Shown piece after piece: positions 9,167 through 19,578 of a stretch of DNA of 60,048 nt. The stretch is from NCBI GenBank assembly GCA_043742785.1, contig JAYTXU010000019.1, forward strand, positions 1 to 60,048. The letters run 5' to 3'. The translations under genes were made by a program, and so were the position numbers. Below the pieces are notes generated by a model, which searched no databases, had not been told where the DNA came from, and worked only from the letters and a program-made list of their open reading frames with translations. Every line of letters begins with the position of its first letter. Position 1 is the first letter of the stretch. Origin of the DNA: Candidatus Omnitrophota bacterium (GTDB lineage: Bacteria; Omnitrophota; Gorgyraeia; Zapsychrales; Fredricksoniimonadaceae).

Positions 9167-11622
9167 CTTTTGATCCCTCCATTAGAATTAATCCAATCTA
9201 AACGTTCCTGAGCAAATTTAGATTCTTCCATATTGAGCTGAATTATTTTTTGATAAGTCACACGAGCACCCGACAGATCTTTACGATCTTCAAAAATCCT
9301 AGCTACACGAAGATAAGCTTTTATAGCCCAAGATTTTTGATTTGAATATTGATCAGGAATTTTTAAATACCCCTCAATAGCATCATCCAAACGCCCCATG
9401 ACCTCATAAGTATCGGCGATATCAAACAACAATTCCGCATTAGTAATTTGCCCTTTAGCCTGCTCTACATTTAATGCTTTCTGATAGGCGTCAAGCTCTT
9501 TATCAAAACCCTGATTATTGCGATAAAGTTGAGCAATCTTCAAATAAGCTTCGCGAGCTAATTGCGGCGATGAAGTAGCAATAGTTTCATACGCTTCTGC
9601 AGCTTTAGGCGCATCGAATTCTTTAGCAAAAATTCCAGCAATAGCCAATTTAACTTTAGAATACAAGAACTGATCCTTATGAGAAATTTGCTTATATTGA
9701 GCTAAGGCTTGATCATACATGCCCTGAATTTCATACGATTGTCCTAACTCATAATGAATTTGATCAATTCCACCATGCTCTCCAAAACGATCTAAGATCT
9801 GCTGATAAAAATCTACTGCCTGAGTATAATCCGAACTTCTTAAATAGTACTGAGCTAACCACAATAGCCCCTCAAACTCTACTTCCGTTTTAGGATATTT
9901 ATAAACAATTAATTTAAATCTCTTCACCGCTTCTTTAATCTGTCCTAATTCAAATTGACATTTTGCAATACCAATATCTGAATTCTTAGCAACTGCTTGA
10001 TCATCAGGATAAAGACGGAGAACCTTCTGAAATATTTTTAAAGCTTCATCAGACTGTTTTAAGTTTAAATAAGATAAAGCTAAAATATAATTAGCTTCAG
10101 GCAAGAAATTATTAGAATGCAAAGAGTTATTTAAAAAACTCTTAATTCTTACGGAAGCCTTTTTCCAATCATTGGTTTTAAATGAAGCTAATCCTAAATA
10201 ATAATCCACATCCTCTAAATAACGACTTTGAGGAAAGTTCTTCTTAAGACTTTCAAAAAGGACAACTGCAGATTGAATCTTTCCCGTTTTCAATAAAGCA
10301 ACCGCCTGTCGATGTTCAACATAATCCGTCATACTACTGTCTGGATAATTCTTAATAACATTATCATAAATAATTCCCGCATCATCCATTTGACCTGCAT
10401 CTGCCAGAGCATCTGCCATCTGCACCATTGCATTAACTTTTATTTCTGCCTTACTCGAACGATCAATAATGCCTTGAAATTGTGTTTGCGCATCACTAAG
10501 TCTATTTAATTTCGCATAAGTCCAAGCTAGACCTAAATTAGCTTTTAAAGCTAAATCTTCATTTCCCCCTCGATCAATAACAAAACGATAATCTCCTAAA
10601 GCATCATTAAAACTCTTCAACATAAGATTAACATTGGCTCGTCCCAAATGAGCTTCAAGGTAATGCTGACTTAAAGGAAACTCTTTAATTAAATCATTAT
10701 AAACATTTACCGCTACCTGCAAGTCTCCCTTTTCAAGAGAAACATTAGCTTTAACTAAAAGTAAATCATCTTCAGGTAGATTTTTAAATTTACTAAATTC
10801 CCGCGCCTCTTTTAATACCTTTTCAACTTCATCAAAATTCTTTAATTTTAAAGAACACCAAATTTTCCCAATATAAGCAGTTAAAATCATTTTAGGATCT
10901 GAAGACTTAAAAACCTTATCATAATAAAGTTTAGAATTTTCATAATCTTCCATGTAATAATAAGTGTCAGCGATATTTAAATAAACTTCCAATTGACTCG
11001 CTGATTGCGGATAAGCAACCAAATACCCCATAAAACCCTTCAATGCTTTACGGTAGTCACCCAAATCGTAATAACATTGTGCACTCTTAACTGAAGCATC
11101 TTCACTAAGCTGATATTTAGGAAACCTTGTCACCAACCGCTGAAAAATATCTTTAGCTTGAGAATATTTCTTCTGATCAAAAAAGGACCATCCTAAAGAA
11201 TAATAAGCTTGGGGGAGATAGGCGGAATCTGGATAATTTTGAATCAATTCTTGATAATGTTTTTGCGCCTGATCATAATCAGACATTTTTAAAGAGACTT
11301 CACCCAGCCAATACAATAACAACTCTTTATTATTGTAACTATCCCTTAAATTATTAAAAATGTCCAAAGCATCCTGCAAACGATTCTTAAAAAAATAACA
11401 TTGTGCTAAAAGAAACCTTGCTTGAGGAATCTTTGGATTAGTTGCAGACTCGGATAGAAACTCTTCTAAATAACGAATAGCTACATCATAAAACCCATCA
11501 TCAAATGCCCGCAAGGCTGTTGAATAGAGCTCTTGCTGATGACTTTGAGCATAAGAAAGATGCAAATCAAATGAAACGTTAAAAATAAATAAACAAAGTA
11601 AAACTAATACTAATCTTTTCAT
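9163..11622 (-). CDS. Large exported TPR-repeat protein (CpoB/BamD-like repeats)
   Basis: Signal peptide followed by continuous TPR-like repeats with recurrent 'YP.S' turns. Confidence 0.85.
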   Translation of the reverse strand: MKRLVLVLLCLFIFNVSFDLHLSYAQSHQQELYSTALRAFDDGFYDVAIRYLEEFLSESATNPKIPQARFLLAQCYFFKNRLQDALDIFNNLRDSYNNKELLLYWLGEVSLKMSDYDQAQKHYQELIQNYPDSAYLPQAYYSLGWSFFDQKKYSQAKDIFQRLVTRFPKYQLSEDASVKSAQCYYDLGDYRKALKGFMGYLVAYPQSASQLEVYLNIADTYYYMEDYENSKLYYDKVFKSSDPKMILTAYIGKIWCSLKLKNFDEVEKVLKEAREFSKFKNLPEDDLLLVKANVSLEKGDLQVAVNVYNDLIKEFPLSQHYLEAHLGRANVNLMLKSFNDALGDYRFVIDRGGNEDLALKANLGLAWTYAKLNRLSDAQTQFQGIIDRSSKAEIKVNAMVQMADALADAGQMDDAGIIYDNVIKNYPDSSMTDYVEHRQAVALLKTGKIQSAVVLFESLKKNFPQSRYLEDVDYYLGLASFKTNDWKKASVRIKSFLNNSLHSNNFLPEANYILALSYLNLKQSDEALKIFQKVLRLYPDDQAVAKNSDIGIAKCQFELGQIKEAVKRFKLIVYKYPKTEVEFEGLLWLAQYYLRSSDYTQAVDFYQQILDRFGEHGGIDQIHYELGQSYEIQGMYDQALAQYKQISHKDQFLYSKVKLAIAGIFAKEFDAPKAAEAYETIATSSPQLAREAYLKIAQLYRNNQGFDKELDAYQKALNVEQAKGQITNAELLFDIADTYEVMGRLDDAIEGYLKIPDQYSNQKSWAIKAYLRVARIFEDRKDLSGARVTYQKIIQLNMEESKFAQERLDWINSNGGIKR

Positions 11623-11625
11623 AAA

Positions 11626-14424
11626 TTATTTCCGTAATTTTAAGAATTCTTTTAAGTATTGACCTGTGTGCGAGGAGGAATGTTTAACAATCTGCTCAAC
11701 AGAACCACTAAATACAACTTCCCCACCTTTATCTCCACCATCAGGACCTAAATCAATAATATAATCTGCTGATTTAATAACATCTAAATTGTGCTCAATA
11801 ACAAGCACCGTATTTCCTCGGTCCACTATTCTTTGCAAGACAGTTAATAATTTATCTACATCAGCAAAATGTAACCCTGTGGTTGGTTCATCAAGAATAT
11901 AAAAAGTCTTTCCTGTTGCTGGCTTGCATAATTCACTGGCCAACTTAACACGTTGAGCTTCTCCTCCTGAAAGAGTTGTTGCCGACTGACCTAAGCGAAT
12001 ATAGCCTAATCCTACATCATATAATGTTTCAAGAATAGTCTTAACTCTGGGAATATTATCAAACATACTCATCGCTTCTTCAACCGACAAATTAAGAACA
12101 TCCGCAATATTCTTCCCCTTAAATTCTACTTCTAATGTTTGATCCGTGAATCTCTTTCCATGACAAATTTCGCATTCCACATAAACATCCGGTAGAAAAT
12201 GCATTTCAATCTTTTTTATCCCATCCCCCCCGCAAGCTTCACAACGACCTCCTTTAACATTAAAACTAAAACGACCTGGCTTATAACCCCTCATCTTTGA
12301 TTCTGGTAATTGGCTATATAAATCTCTAATATCAGAAAACATTCCTGTATAGGTGGCTGGATTGGAACGAGGAGTCCGGCCAATAGGAGACTGATCAACA
12401 ACAATAACTTTGTCAATATTCTGCAATCCTTCTATTTTCTTATAAACTCCTGGTTTCTCTTTAGAGCCATGTAATTTTTGACTTAACGCTTTATGCAAAA
12501 CATCTTCCACCAAGGTTGATTTGCCTGAACCAGAAACTCCTGTAATACAAACAAATGTCCCCAAAGGAATAGAAACATCAATATTCTTAAGATTATGTTC
12601 TTTTGCTCCTAGAATCTTAAGAAATTTAGTATTAATTATATCCCGACGCTCTTTTGGAGTGGCAATCTTAAAGGAACCGTTAAGATACCTTCCCGTCATG
12701 GAATCATTACACTTAACAAGCCCTTTTACATCTCCTGCATACATAATGTTTCCGCCATGTTCACCAGCGCCAGGCCCCAAATCAATTACATAATCTGCTC
12801 GACGAATTGTATCTTCATCATGCTCAACAACAATCAAGGTATTCCCTAAATCCCTCAAAGCATGCAAGGTTGACAGAAGCCTATCATTATCCTTCTGGTG
12901 AAGACCAATACTCGGTTCATCAAGAACATAAATAACCCCCACAAGGCCAGAACCCACTTGAGTCGCCAGCCTAATACGTTCTGCTTCCCCTCCAGATAAA
13001 GTAGCACTACGTCGATCCATTGTTAAATATTCCAAACCGACATTAATACAAAAATCCAAACGACGATTAATTTCTTTAAGAATTTCAGTGCTGATCGTTA
13101 ATTTATCCTTAGATAACTTAAGACCATTAAAAAATACCTTTGCTTCCTTAATAGATAATTGTGTTACATCCGTAATGTTACTATCAGCTATTTTCACCGC
13201 CAATGATTCCTTCTTTAATCGTCTCCCCTCACATAGAGGACAGGCAGAAACAGACATATAGGAAGAAATTTCTTCCTTGAGCCAATCACTATCTGTTTCT
13301 TTAAATAAACGTTCCAGATATTTAACGACGCCTTCAAAAGTGCGATTCCAGATTTCATCATCGGAACCATAAAAAATAATATGCTTAAATTTCTTATCCA
13401 ATTCACTAAAAGGCAAACGTGTATCTACATCATGAATATTAGCCATTTCACGCAAAACAGCTCGATAATACATCATGTACCCGCCCTTACCTTTTTTCCA
13501 AGGCACAATCGCTGAGACCCAAGGCTTACTAGAATCGGGAACTAACACTTGGGTATCAATCTCCATCTTTGTGCCCAAACCATTACATTCCACACAAGCG
13601 CCATAAGGAGAATTAAACGAAAAAATACGAGGTTCTATTTCACTTAAAGATGTTCCGCAATCCGTACAAGCATAGCGTTCGCTGAAGGTTTGATCCGCTT
13701 TAGTTCCGTTAAAATCAACAACGACAATTCCTTCCCCAACCTTCAAAGATGTTTCCACAGAATCCGAAAGACGTTTTCTAATATCTGATCGCACCGTTAA
13801 ACGATCCACTACAACTTCAATATGATGAATCTTATACTTATCTAACTTGATTTTCTCTTGAGTATCATAAATTTTTCCATCCACTCGTAATCGTGCAAAT
13901 CCTGATTTCACAACCTCTGCTTGAATATTACGATATTCTCCCTTACGTCCACGAACCAAGGGTGCCAAGATATTAATCTTTGTTCCCTCAGGAAGATTAA
14001 GAATCTGATTAACAATTTGCTGTACAGTTTGCTGTTCAATTTTCTTACCGCAGGAATAACAATACGGCTGGCCAATACGCGCAAATAAAAGACGCAAATA
14101 ATCATAAATTTCTGTTTGAGTCGCGACCGTCGAACGAGGATTACGGCTAGTTGTTTTTTGTTCAATAGAAATAGTGGGAGATAACCCCTCGATATGGTCT
14201 ACTTGCGGTTTTTGCATTTGATCTAAGAACTGACGAGCATAGGCAGAAAGACTTTCCACATAACGTCTTTGTCCTTCTGCATAAATAGTGTCAAAGGCGA
14301 GCGATGATTTTCCTGAACCACTTAAACCAGTGATAACAACAAACTGATTACGAGGAATGGTTAAATCAAAATTCTTTAAATTATGCTCCCTGGCGCCGCG
14401 AATAATAATACTGTCTGATTTCAT
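11626..14424 (-). CDS. uvrA: Excinuclease ABC subunit A
   Basis: 'GAREHNLKN', [23 protein letters not shown], a second ABC domain ([17 protein letters not shown]) and zinc fingers. Confidence 0.99.
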   Translation of the reverse strand: MKSDSIIIRGAREHNLKNFDLTIPRNQFVVITGLSGSGKSSLAFDTIYAEGQRRYVESLSAYARQFLDQMQKPQVDHIEGLSPTISIEQKTTSRNPRSTVATQTEIYDYLRLLFARIGQPYCYSCGKKIEQQTVQQIVNQILNLPEGTKINILAPLVRGRKGEYRNIQAEVVKSGFARLRVDGKIYDTQEKIKLDKYKIHHIEVVVDRLTVRSDIRKRLSDSVETSLKVGEGIVVVDFNGTKADQTFSERYACTDCGTSLSEIEPRIFSFNSPYGACVECNGLGTKMEIDTQVLVPDSSKPWVSAIVPWKKGKGGYMMYYRAVLREMANIHDVDTRLPFSELDKKFKHIIFYGSDDEIWNRTFEGVVKYLERLFKETDSDWLKEEISSYMSVSACPLCEGRRLKKESLAVKIADSNITDVTQLSIKEAKVFFNGLKLSKDKLTISTEILKEINRRLDFCINVGLEYLTMDRRSATLSGGEAERIRLATQVGSGLVGVIYVLDEPSIGLHQKDNDRLLSTLHALRDLGNTLIVVEHDEDTIRRADYVIDLGPGAGEHGGNIMYAGDVKGLVKCNDSMTGRYLNGSFKIATPKERRDIINTKFLKILGAKEHNLKNIDVSIPLGTFVCITGVSGSGKSTLVEDVLHKALSQKLHGSKEKPGVYKKIEGLQNIDKVIVVDQSPIGRTPRSNPATYTGMFSDIRDLYSQLPESKMRGYKPGRFSFNVKGGRCEACGGDGIKKIEMHFLPDVYVECEICHGKRFTDQTLEVEFKGKNIADVLNLSVEEAMSMFDNIPRVKTILETLYDVGLGYIRLGQSATTLSGGEAQRVKLASELCKPATGKTFYILDEPTTGLHFADVDKLLTVLQRIVDRGNTVLVIEHNLDVIKSADYIIDLGPDGGDKGGEVVFSGSVEQIVKHSSSHTGQYLKEFLKLRK

Positions 14425-14469
14425 AAGAGGGTATTCTATATAAAGAAGAACTCCGATACCATAAAAAAG

Positions 14470-14500
14470 TGAAGGGGTTGGATTTTATCCAACCCCTTCA
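14470..14500 (-). terminator. Intrinsic terminator after the basic-protein gene
   Basis: 14-bp stem TGAAGGGGTTGGAT/ATCCAACCCCTTCA with 3-nt loop, followed by a T-tract on the minus strand. Confidence 0.85.
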
Positions 14501-14547
14501 AGTTCCTCGACTCTTGGCCTAGGAATAATCCCACACTAACAGGACTA

Positions 14548-14856
14548 TTATTTACGTTTTGCTGTTTTCTTTACTGCTTTCTTTGCTGCCTTCTTTACTG
14601 TTTTCTTTGCAGCAACCTTCTTTTTGCGAGTACCTCCGCGAACCATCTTCGCACAAGATACATCTCCCTGCTTATCAATGAAATAAAGATAACCTACTTC
14701 TCTCTTAACGCCAACTTTAGCGACCTTCTTAGAAGATCCACCTTTGCTGCCGCCACGAGCCATCTTAGCTGCAGAGATATCTCCCTGCTTGTCTAAGAAG
14801 TACAGGTAACCCTTTTCCTTCTTAATACCGACTTTAGTAACTTTCTTGATAGCCAT
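14548..14856 (-). CDS. Small highly basic protein with two 33-aa repeats and a Lys/Ala tail (putative nucleoid protein)
   Basis: 28 Lys + 5 Arg versus 6 acidic residues; repeats 25/33 identical; strong AAGGAGG SD; own terminator. Confidence 0.8.
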   Translation of the reverse strand: MAIKKVTKVGIKKEKGYLYFLDKQGDISAAKMARGGSKGGSSKKVAKVGVKREVGYLYFIDKQGDVSCAKMVRGGTRKKKVAAKKTVKKAAKKAVKKTAKRK

Positions 14857-14900
14857 ATGTTATTCCTCCTTTCTTATCTTATTTAATAATGACACTAACT

Positions 14901-15728
14901 TTACGTGCCAATTCTCACTTGACCTAAATACTGCTTTAGGGTCACAATCGCTGATAAAACAGCCAGAAGACTTGTCTTAGGATTATCCGAACAAACCACA
15001 TTCTCTGTTTTAGTGACCATACGACCAAATTCACCAATCACTTCAATTTCATGTGAATTCACTTTAAATTCAGGAGAAGTCGTAATACGAATACGCATTT
15101 TATCTTTAGCAGCGGATGCCAAAGCAATCGTTGCCGCCACATTAATATTTTGAGGAAAACATTTCACAGCTTTTTTCACATTGCCATCAAAGATCACTGT
15201 TTCTTTAGAAATTTGCGAAAGATTAATACGCTTCTGCTGAACATAGGCATTATCCGCAAAACCATAAACAGGTTTACGCGTTGTTAATGTAATGCTATGG
15301 ATCTTGCCAAGACGAGCTGCTTTAATAGCATCAATACCAGCAATAGCTCCCGAAGGGATCAAAAGTCGACAATCTTGCTTTTGAGCTAATTTTAGAATAG
15401 ATTCTCCATCAAGCAATTTCCCTACACTCATCACTAAAACATCTTTTTTTGCTAAGAGGGCTTGGCGAATCAGTTGATAAGTATCTGGAGCATTTACCGC
15501 TTCAACGACTAAATCACAAGATTTAAGCATTTGAACATAAGATTCTTGAACTAAATTTTTATTGGGAAGATACTTAGCCAGATGAGCTGACTTAGAAGGG
15601 TTGATGTCGAAGAGGGCTGAAACCACCGCCACATCTTCACATTCAATCTTTATACTGCGGGCTATGCGCGAGCCGATGGCCCCACAGCCTAAGATTCCTA
15701 CTTTAACTTTTGTTTTGCTTCGGGTCAT
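14901..15728 (-). CDS. nadX: L-aspartate dehydrogenase (NAD biosynthesis)
   Basis: GCGAIG Rossmann motif, 'PSGAIAGID', 'FPQNINVAA', 'NPKTS.LA.LS'; likely start ATG 15728. Confidence 0.9.
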   Translation of the reverse strand: MTRSKTKVKVGILGCGAIGSRIARSIKIECEDVAVVSALFDINPSKSAHLAKYLPNKNLVQESYVQMLKSCDLVVEAVNAPDTYQLIRQALLAKKDVLVMSVGKLLDGESILKLAQKQDCRLLIPSGAIAGIDAIKAARLGKIHSITLTTRKPVYGFADNAYVQQKRINLSQISKETVIFDGNVKKAVKCFPQNINVAATIALASAAKDKMRIRITTSPEFKVNSHEIEVIGEFGRMVTKTENVVCSDNPKTSLLAVLSAIVTLKQYLGQVRIGT

Positions 15729-16572
15729 GAATGTGTATAAAGATATTATCAATCAGTCTTGTTTGGCCGAAGAACACTGCTAAAGCGATTACCACTTTTC
15801 CTTGAAGAGTTTTTAACTCCTCAAGAGTCTCTACATTCACACATTCTACGTATTGAATTTTTCCTGATGATTGCTTGCTAATTAAAGAACGAATAGCCTT
15901 CTTTAACTTATCTGAGCTTCTTTCTCCCCTTGCGATCATGTCTTTAGCCAGCACCAGGGCTTGATATAGAACTTTAGCTTCCTTACGCTCCAAAGAAGAA
16001 AGATACTTATTGCGTGAACTCATTGCTAAACCATCTGCCTCACGTTTAGTAGCCACTACTTGGATCTTTACAGGAAAATTTAAATCCCTAACCATTGTTT
16101 TTAGAACCACCACCTGCTGCGCATCTTTTTGTCCTAGATACATCACATGCGGCTCTACAATGTTAAGAAGCTTAGCTACAATCGTCGCCACTCCTTTAAA
16201 ATGCTCTGGACGAAAACGCCCGCAAAGTGTTTTGGAAATTTCTTTTACGTCGATGTATGTCAAATAACGATTTGAATAAATTTCATTATCAGACGGAATA
16301 AAAAGAATGTCAACATTTTCTTTTTCAATCATCGTCGAGTCCCTTTGAATGTTGCGAGGATACTTCTTAAAATCTTCTTTGGGACCAAATTGAGAGGGAT
16401 TTACATAGATACTCACCACACATAAATCATTATCTTTTTTAGCCACACGAATTAATGAGAGATGTCCTTCATGTAGGCATCCCATCGTCGGAATAAAGCC
16501 AATCTTTTGGCCTTTTAAACGGGCTATATCAAGAATAGAACGTAGTTGATTTATCGATTTAACAATGCGCAT
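15703..16572 (-). CDS. panC: Pantoate-beta-alanine ligase
   Basis: 'PTMGCLHEGH', 'RPEHFKGV', 'GQKDAQQ', 'DGLAMSSRN', 'TRLIDN'. Confidence 0.98.
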   Translation of the reverse strand: MRIVKSINQLRSILDIARLKGQKIGFIPTMGCLHEGHLSLIRVAKKDNDLCVVSIYVNPSQFGPKEDFKKYPRNIQRDSTMIEKENVDILFIPSDNEIYSNRYLTYIDVKEISKTLCGRFRPEHFKGVATIVAKLLNIVEPHVMYLGQKDAQQVVVLKTMVRDLNFPVKIQVVATKREADGLAMSSRNKYLSSLERKEAKVLYQALVLAKDMIARGERSSDKLKKAIRSLISKQSSGKIQYVECVNVETLEELKTLQGKVVIALAVFFGQTRLIDNIFIHIHDPKQNKS

Positions 16573-16582
16573 AATAGTATTG

Positions 16583-16641
16583 TGTCATGCCCGCAAAAGC
16601 GGGCATCCAATTTCTAGATTCCCGTTTTCACGGGAATGACA
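16583..16641. repeat. TGTCA-tagged palindromic dimer (dRS3/REP-like)
   Basis: TGTCATGCCCGCAAAAGCGGGCATCCA-N5-TAGATTCCCGTTTTCACGGGAATGACA; the right unit fits ATTCCC-N8-GGGAAT and supplies the folK stop codon. Confidence 0.85.
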
Positions 16642-17041
16642 AAGTTGGTTCAATTTCTTTTAATGGCTCTATAACAAATGCACGTTCCAACATCCTAGGA
16701 TGTGGAATTATTAATTTTCGGCTTACTAATTTAATATCATCAACCAATAAAATATCAATATCAATTTTACGCGGGCCATTAACAATGACACGTAGACGTC
16801 CTAATTTCTTTTCAATTGTATTTATTATAAATAAAAGTTCTTCAGGAAGAAGATCAGTTTTAATTTTAATAACAGCGTTGAGATATTTGGACTGTTCTGG
16901 CCCACCAACTGGATTAGTTTCTATAATTGTAGAGACTTTGAGAATATTGATACCCTGCTCTTTAAGCTCATACAAAGCTTGATGGATAAAACCCATCCGA
17001 TCGCCAAGGTTGGAACCTAGAGCAAGATAAGCAATAGACAT
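16628..17041 (-). CDS. folK: 2-amino-4-hydroxy-6-hydroxymethyldihydropteridine pyrophosphokinase
   Basis: 'YLALGSNLGD', 'YLNAV', 'GPRKIDIDIL', 'IPHPRM.ERAFV'. Confidence 0.97.
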   Translation of the reverse strand: MSIAYLALGSNLGDRMGFIHQALYELKEQGINILKVSTIIETNPVGGPEQSKYLNAVIKIKTDLLPEELLFIINTIEKKLGRLRVIVNGPRKIDIDILLVDDIKLVSRKLIIPHPRMLERAFVIEPLKEIEPTLSFP

Positions 17042-18219
17042 TAGAGAATTTTCTTTAAACGCTCAACCGCTTGATGAATACGTTCAACAGGTAAGGTTAA
17101 AGACATACGTACATATCCTTCCCCTGATTTACCAAAACCAACACCTGGAGTGACGACAATATCCGCTTGATCTAAGAATGCTTTGGCACATTCCATAGAG
17201 TCCTTGAATTTTGAAGGAATTTTAGCCCAAACATAGAAGGCTGCCTTAGGTGGTTCCATTTTCCAACCAATCGCTCGCAATCCATTGGTGAGGGCATCAC
17301 GACGTGTTTGATACTCAAAACGCATATCTTCGATATCACGAGAATCCATGCTCAAAGCTGCAATACCTGCAAGCTGAATCGCATTAAAAACTCCTGAGTC
17401 ACAATTCGATTTAACCTTGGCTAATGCCGCAACCAAGGTTGGGTTCCCGCAGGCCCAACCCAAGCGCCAGCCGGTCATATAATAAGTTTTAGAGAAAGAA
17501 TGGAATTCGATCGCAATATCCTTAGCACCTTCAATTTCTAAAATACTTGGAGGTTTGATACCATCATAATAAACTTCTGAATAGGCTAAATCAGATACAA
17601 TAATGATTCCCTTAGCCTTGCAAACTCTAACTAGATCCTCATAAAACTTCTTATCTGCTGTTGCTGCGGTTGGATTGTTGGGATAACAAACAAAAATAGC
17701 TTTCACATTCTTTAGCTCTTCAATATCTTCGATGCGAGGAAGCCAGCCATTTCCTGCTTTAAGAGACAGATACTGGATCTTACCGCCTGCAAAGGTGACG
17801 GCCGCTTGATATGCTGGGTAAGCCGGCTCACACAAAACAACTTTATCTCCAGGATTAATAATACCTAGAGGCAAATGGGCAATCCCTTCTTTAGAACCAA
17901 TCAATGGATAAATTTCTGTAGGAGGATCTAACTCAACTCCAAAGCGATTCTTGAACCATTTAGCAATTTCCACTCTTAACTGAGGAACACCAGCATCAAA
18001 AGGATAATGATGATTATTCACATCTTCTGAAGCTTTCTTAAGAGCATCAATGATGGGTTGATGAGTTCTTTGATCTGGATCTCCCACTCCTAAATTAATG
18101 ACATCACGACCTTCAGCTAAAGCAGCGCGCTTGGCTCTATCAATCTCAGCAAACAAATAAGGTGGTAACGATTTTAAACGATCAGAAAACTCAATTTTAA
18201 ATTCTGTTTCAGTAGACAT
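17041..18219 (-). CDS. dapL: LL-diaminopimelate aminotransferase (class I/II PLP enzyme)
   Basis: 'LPPYLFAEID', 'LGVGDPD', 'YPNNPT', 'SFSKTYYMTGWRLG'; sits in the dapF-dapA-dapB/lysA operon. Confidence 0.85.
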   Translation of the reverse strand: MSTETEFKIEFSDRLKSLPPYLFAEIDRAKRAALAEGRDVINLGVGDPDQRTHQPIIDALKKASEDVNNHHYPFDAGVPQLRVEIAKWFKNRFGVELDPPTEIYPLIGSKEGIAHLPLGIINPGDKVVLCEPAYPAYQAAVTFAGGKIQYLSLKAGNGWLPRIEDIEELKNVKAIFVCYPNNPTAATADKKFYEDLVRVCKAKGIIIVSDLAYSEVYYDGIKPPSILEIEGAKDIAIEFHSFSKTYYMTGWRLGWACGNPTLVAALAKVKSNCDSGVFNAIQLAGIAALSMDSRDIEDMRFEYQTRRDALTNGLRAIGWKMEPPKAAFYVWAKIPSKFKDSMECAKAFLDQADIVVTPGVGFGKSGEGYVRMSLTLPVERIHQAVERLKKIL

Positions 18220-18274
18220 TCTTAATAACTCCTATTTTTTTATTATTTTTGATATTAGACTTTATTGAGGGAGC

Positions 18275-18520
18275 TTAAATAGAAATTCTCAAATTATCGT
18301 ACAAAAACTCTGGGGCTAAGTCTGCCCCATTATCCCAAATAATGGTTTGCATAAGCGAATCGACTTTAACAGTTTTAAATAATGCTTTATCTTGCAATGG
18401 ACCAAACACTTCTCCATCGAGCTCAGCTGATAAATCAACCTCACCCTCTATACCATCGTTAAACCTTACCCAGATGACATAATCATGAACATATTTAACT
18501 TGAACAACATGAAGAATCAT
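18275..18520 (-). CDS. DUF2442 family protein (putative antitoxin)
   Basis: 'VRFNDG.EGEVDL', 'TIIWDNGADLAPEFLY'. Confidence 0.85.
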   Translation of the reverse strand: MILHVVQVKYVHDYVIWVRFNDGIEGEVDLSAELDGEVFGPLQDKALFKTVKVDSLMQTIIWDNGADLAPEFLYDNLRISI

Positions 18521-18524
18521 ATTT

Positions 18525-18782
18525 TTATTCCAATGGTTTAATGGGGAACAATTGTTTCTTAGATTTTACCAGTTCCCATTCTTTCCTTAATTCATCTAGA
18601 TGTGCTTTACGCCATTCCTGAACTAACGCTAACGCCCGAGGCGTCATTTTACCAGACACCTGCCCTGTTTCAATTTCAACAACAACTTCATCATCGCCAT
18701 ACCGAGCATGAAAATGAGCTGGCTCATGTTCCCGCCAGAACATATAAATCGCTATTCCAAAAAATTGACTAATGATCGGCAC
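18525..18782 (-). CDS. DUF4160 family protein (partner of DUF2442, putative TA module)
   Basis: 'MPIISQFFGIAIYM...EHEPAHFHARYG', 'V.EW...H..EL...W'; GTG start with AAGGAG SD. Confidence 0.85.
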   Translation of the reverse strand: MPIISQFFGIAIYMFWREHEPAHFHARYGDDEVVVEIETGQVSGKMTPRALALVQEWRKAHLDELRKEWELVKSKKQLFPIKPLE

Positions 18783-18804
18783 AACGATCTCCTTTGCTAC
18801 TCAT

Positions 18805-18833
18805 AGTATAACACTCAAAGAATAAAACTTCAA
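18805..18833 (-). promoter_or_regulatory. Internal promoter of the DUF4160/DUF2442 cassette
   Basis: TTGAAG (18833-18828), N17, TATACT (18810-18805) with an upstream TG (extended -10). Confidence 0.6.
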
Positions 18834-18847
18834 AAATTAGTCAAATA

Positions 18848-19567
18848 CTAATTCAAACCAAGAACATCTTGCATGTTGAAAAGACCTTTTTTCTTCTTAC
18901 CTAAGAATTTGGCTGCCACCAAGGCGCCTTCCGCAAAAATATCACGGGTCTTAGCGTGGTGGTGAATAGAAATCAAATCGACTGGGCTTTCAAAATAAAT
19001 TGTATGATCTCCAATCACTTCTCCCTCACGCAAAGAATCGATGTGAGTCACCTTAGTTTTAGAGAATTGCTCAGCAATCTCTGCCATCGTCTTAGCAGTC
19101 CCTGAAGGAGCATCCTTCTTATGCACATGATGGGTTTCTGTTAAACCGATAGAATAATTTCTCCCTGTAATCTGTGCAGCACGACGAATTAAACCAAAGA
19201 CTAAATTAACGCCTACTGACATATTCGAAGCATAAACAATCGCAATTTTAGATGATGCTTTCTTAATTTGTGATACTTGAGAAGAGGTTAAACCTGTTGT
19301 ACCAATAACCATATTCACCTTATGCTTCACACAAGCTTTCAAATTAGCCATGGTTGCATCCGGTGTTGTAAATTCAATAAGAACATTGGAGCCCTTAATT
19401 GCTTCATTACTAAAATTAACAGCTATATTATGTAGTTTAGCGGGAGAATCAGGACGAGCCTGGCCTTCCAATAACGCAGAAAGCTTGAAACTCTTTTCTC
19501 TTAATGATAACGCTGTAATACGTTGCCCCATGCGCCCACAACAACCTGAAACAGCAAGTTTGATCAT
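18848..19567 (-). CDS. dapB: 4-hydroxy-tetrahydrodipicolinate reductase
   Basis: 'G..GRMG', 'VIGTTG', 'ETHHVHKKDAPSGTA', 'R.IFA.GA'. Confidence 0.97.
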   Translation of the reverse strand: MIKLAVSGCCGRMGQRITALSLREKSFKLSALLEGQARPDSPAKLHNIAVNFSNEAIKGSNVLIEFTTPDATMANLKACVKHKVNMVIGTTGLTSSQVSQIKKASSKIAIVYASNMSVGVNLVFGLIRRAAQITGRNYSIGLTETHHVHKKDAPSGTAKTMAEIAEQFSKTKVTHIDSLREGEVIGDHTIYFESPVDLISIHHHAKTRDIFAEGALVAAKFLGKKKKGLFNMQDVLGLN

Positions 19568-19578
19568 TTTTAATATCC

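Noticed and set aside
14425-14470. LexA/SOS box upstream of uvrA
   Set aside because: No CTGT-N8-ACAG, GAAC-N4-GTTC or GTTC-N7-GTTC match
18220-18847. Duplicated dapB 3' end around the DUF4160/DUF2442 cassette
   Set aside because: Looked for by analogy with argG and metH; no matching sequence found
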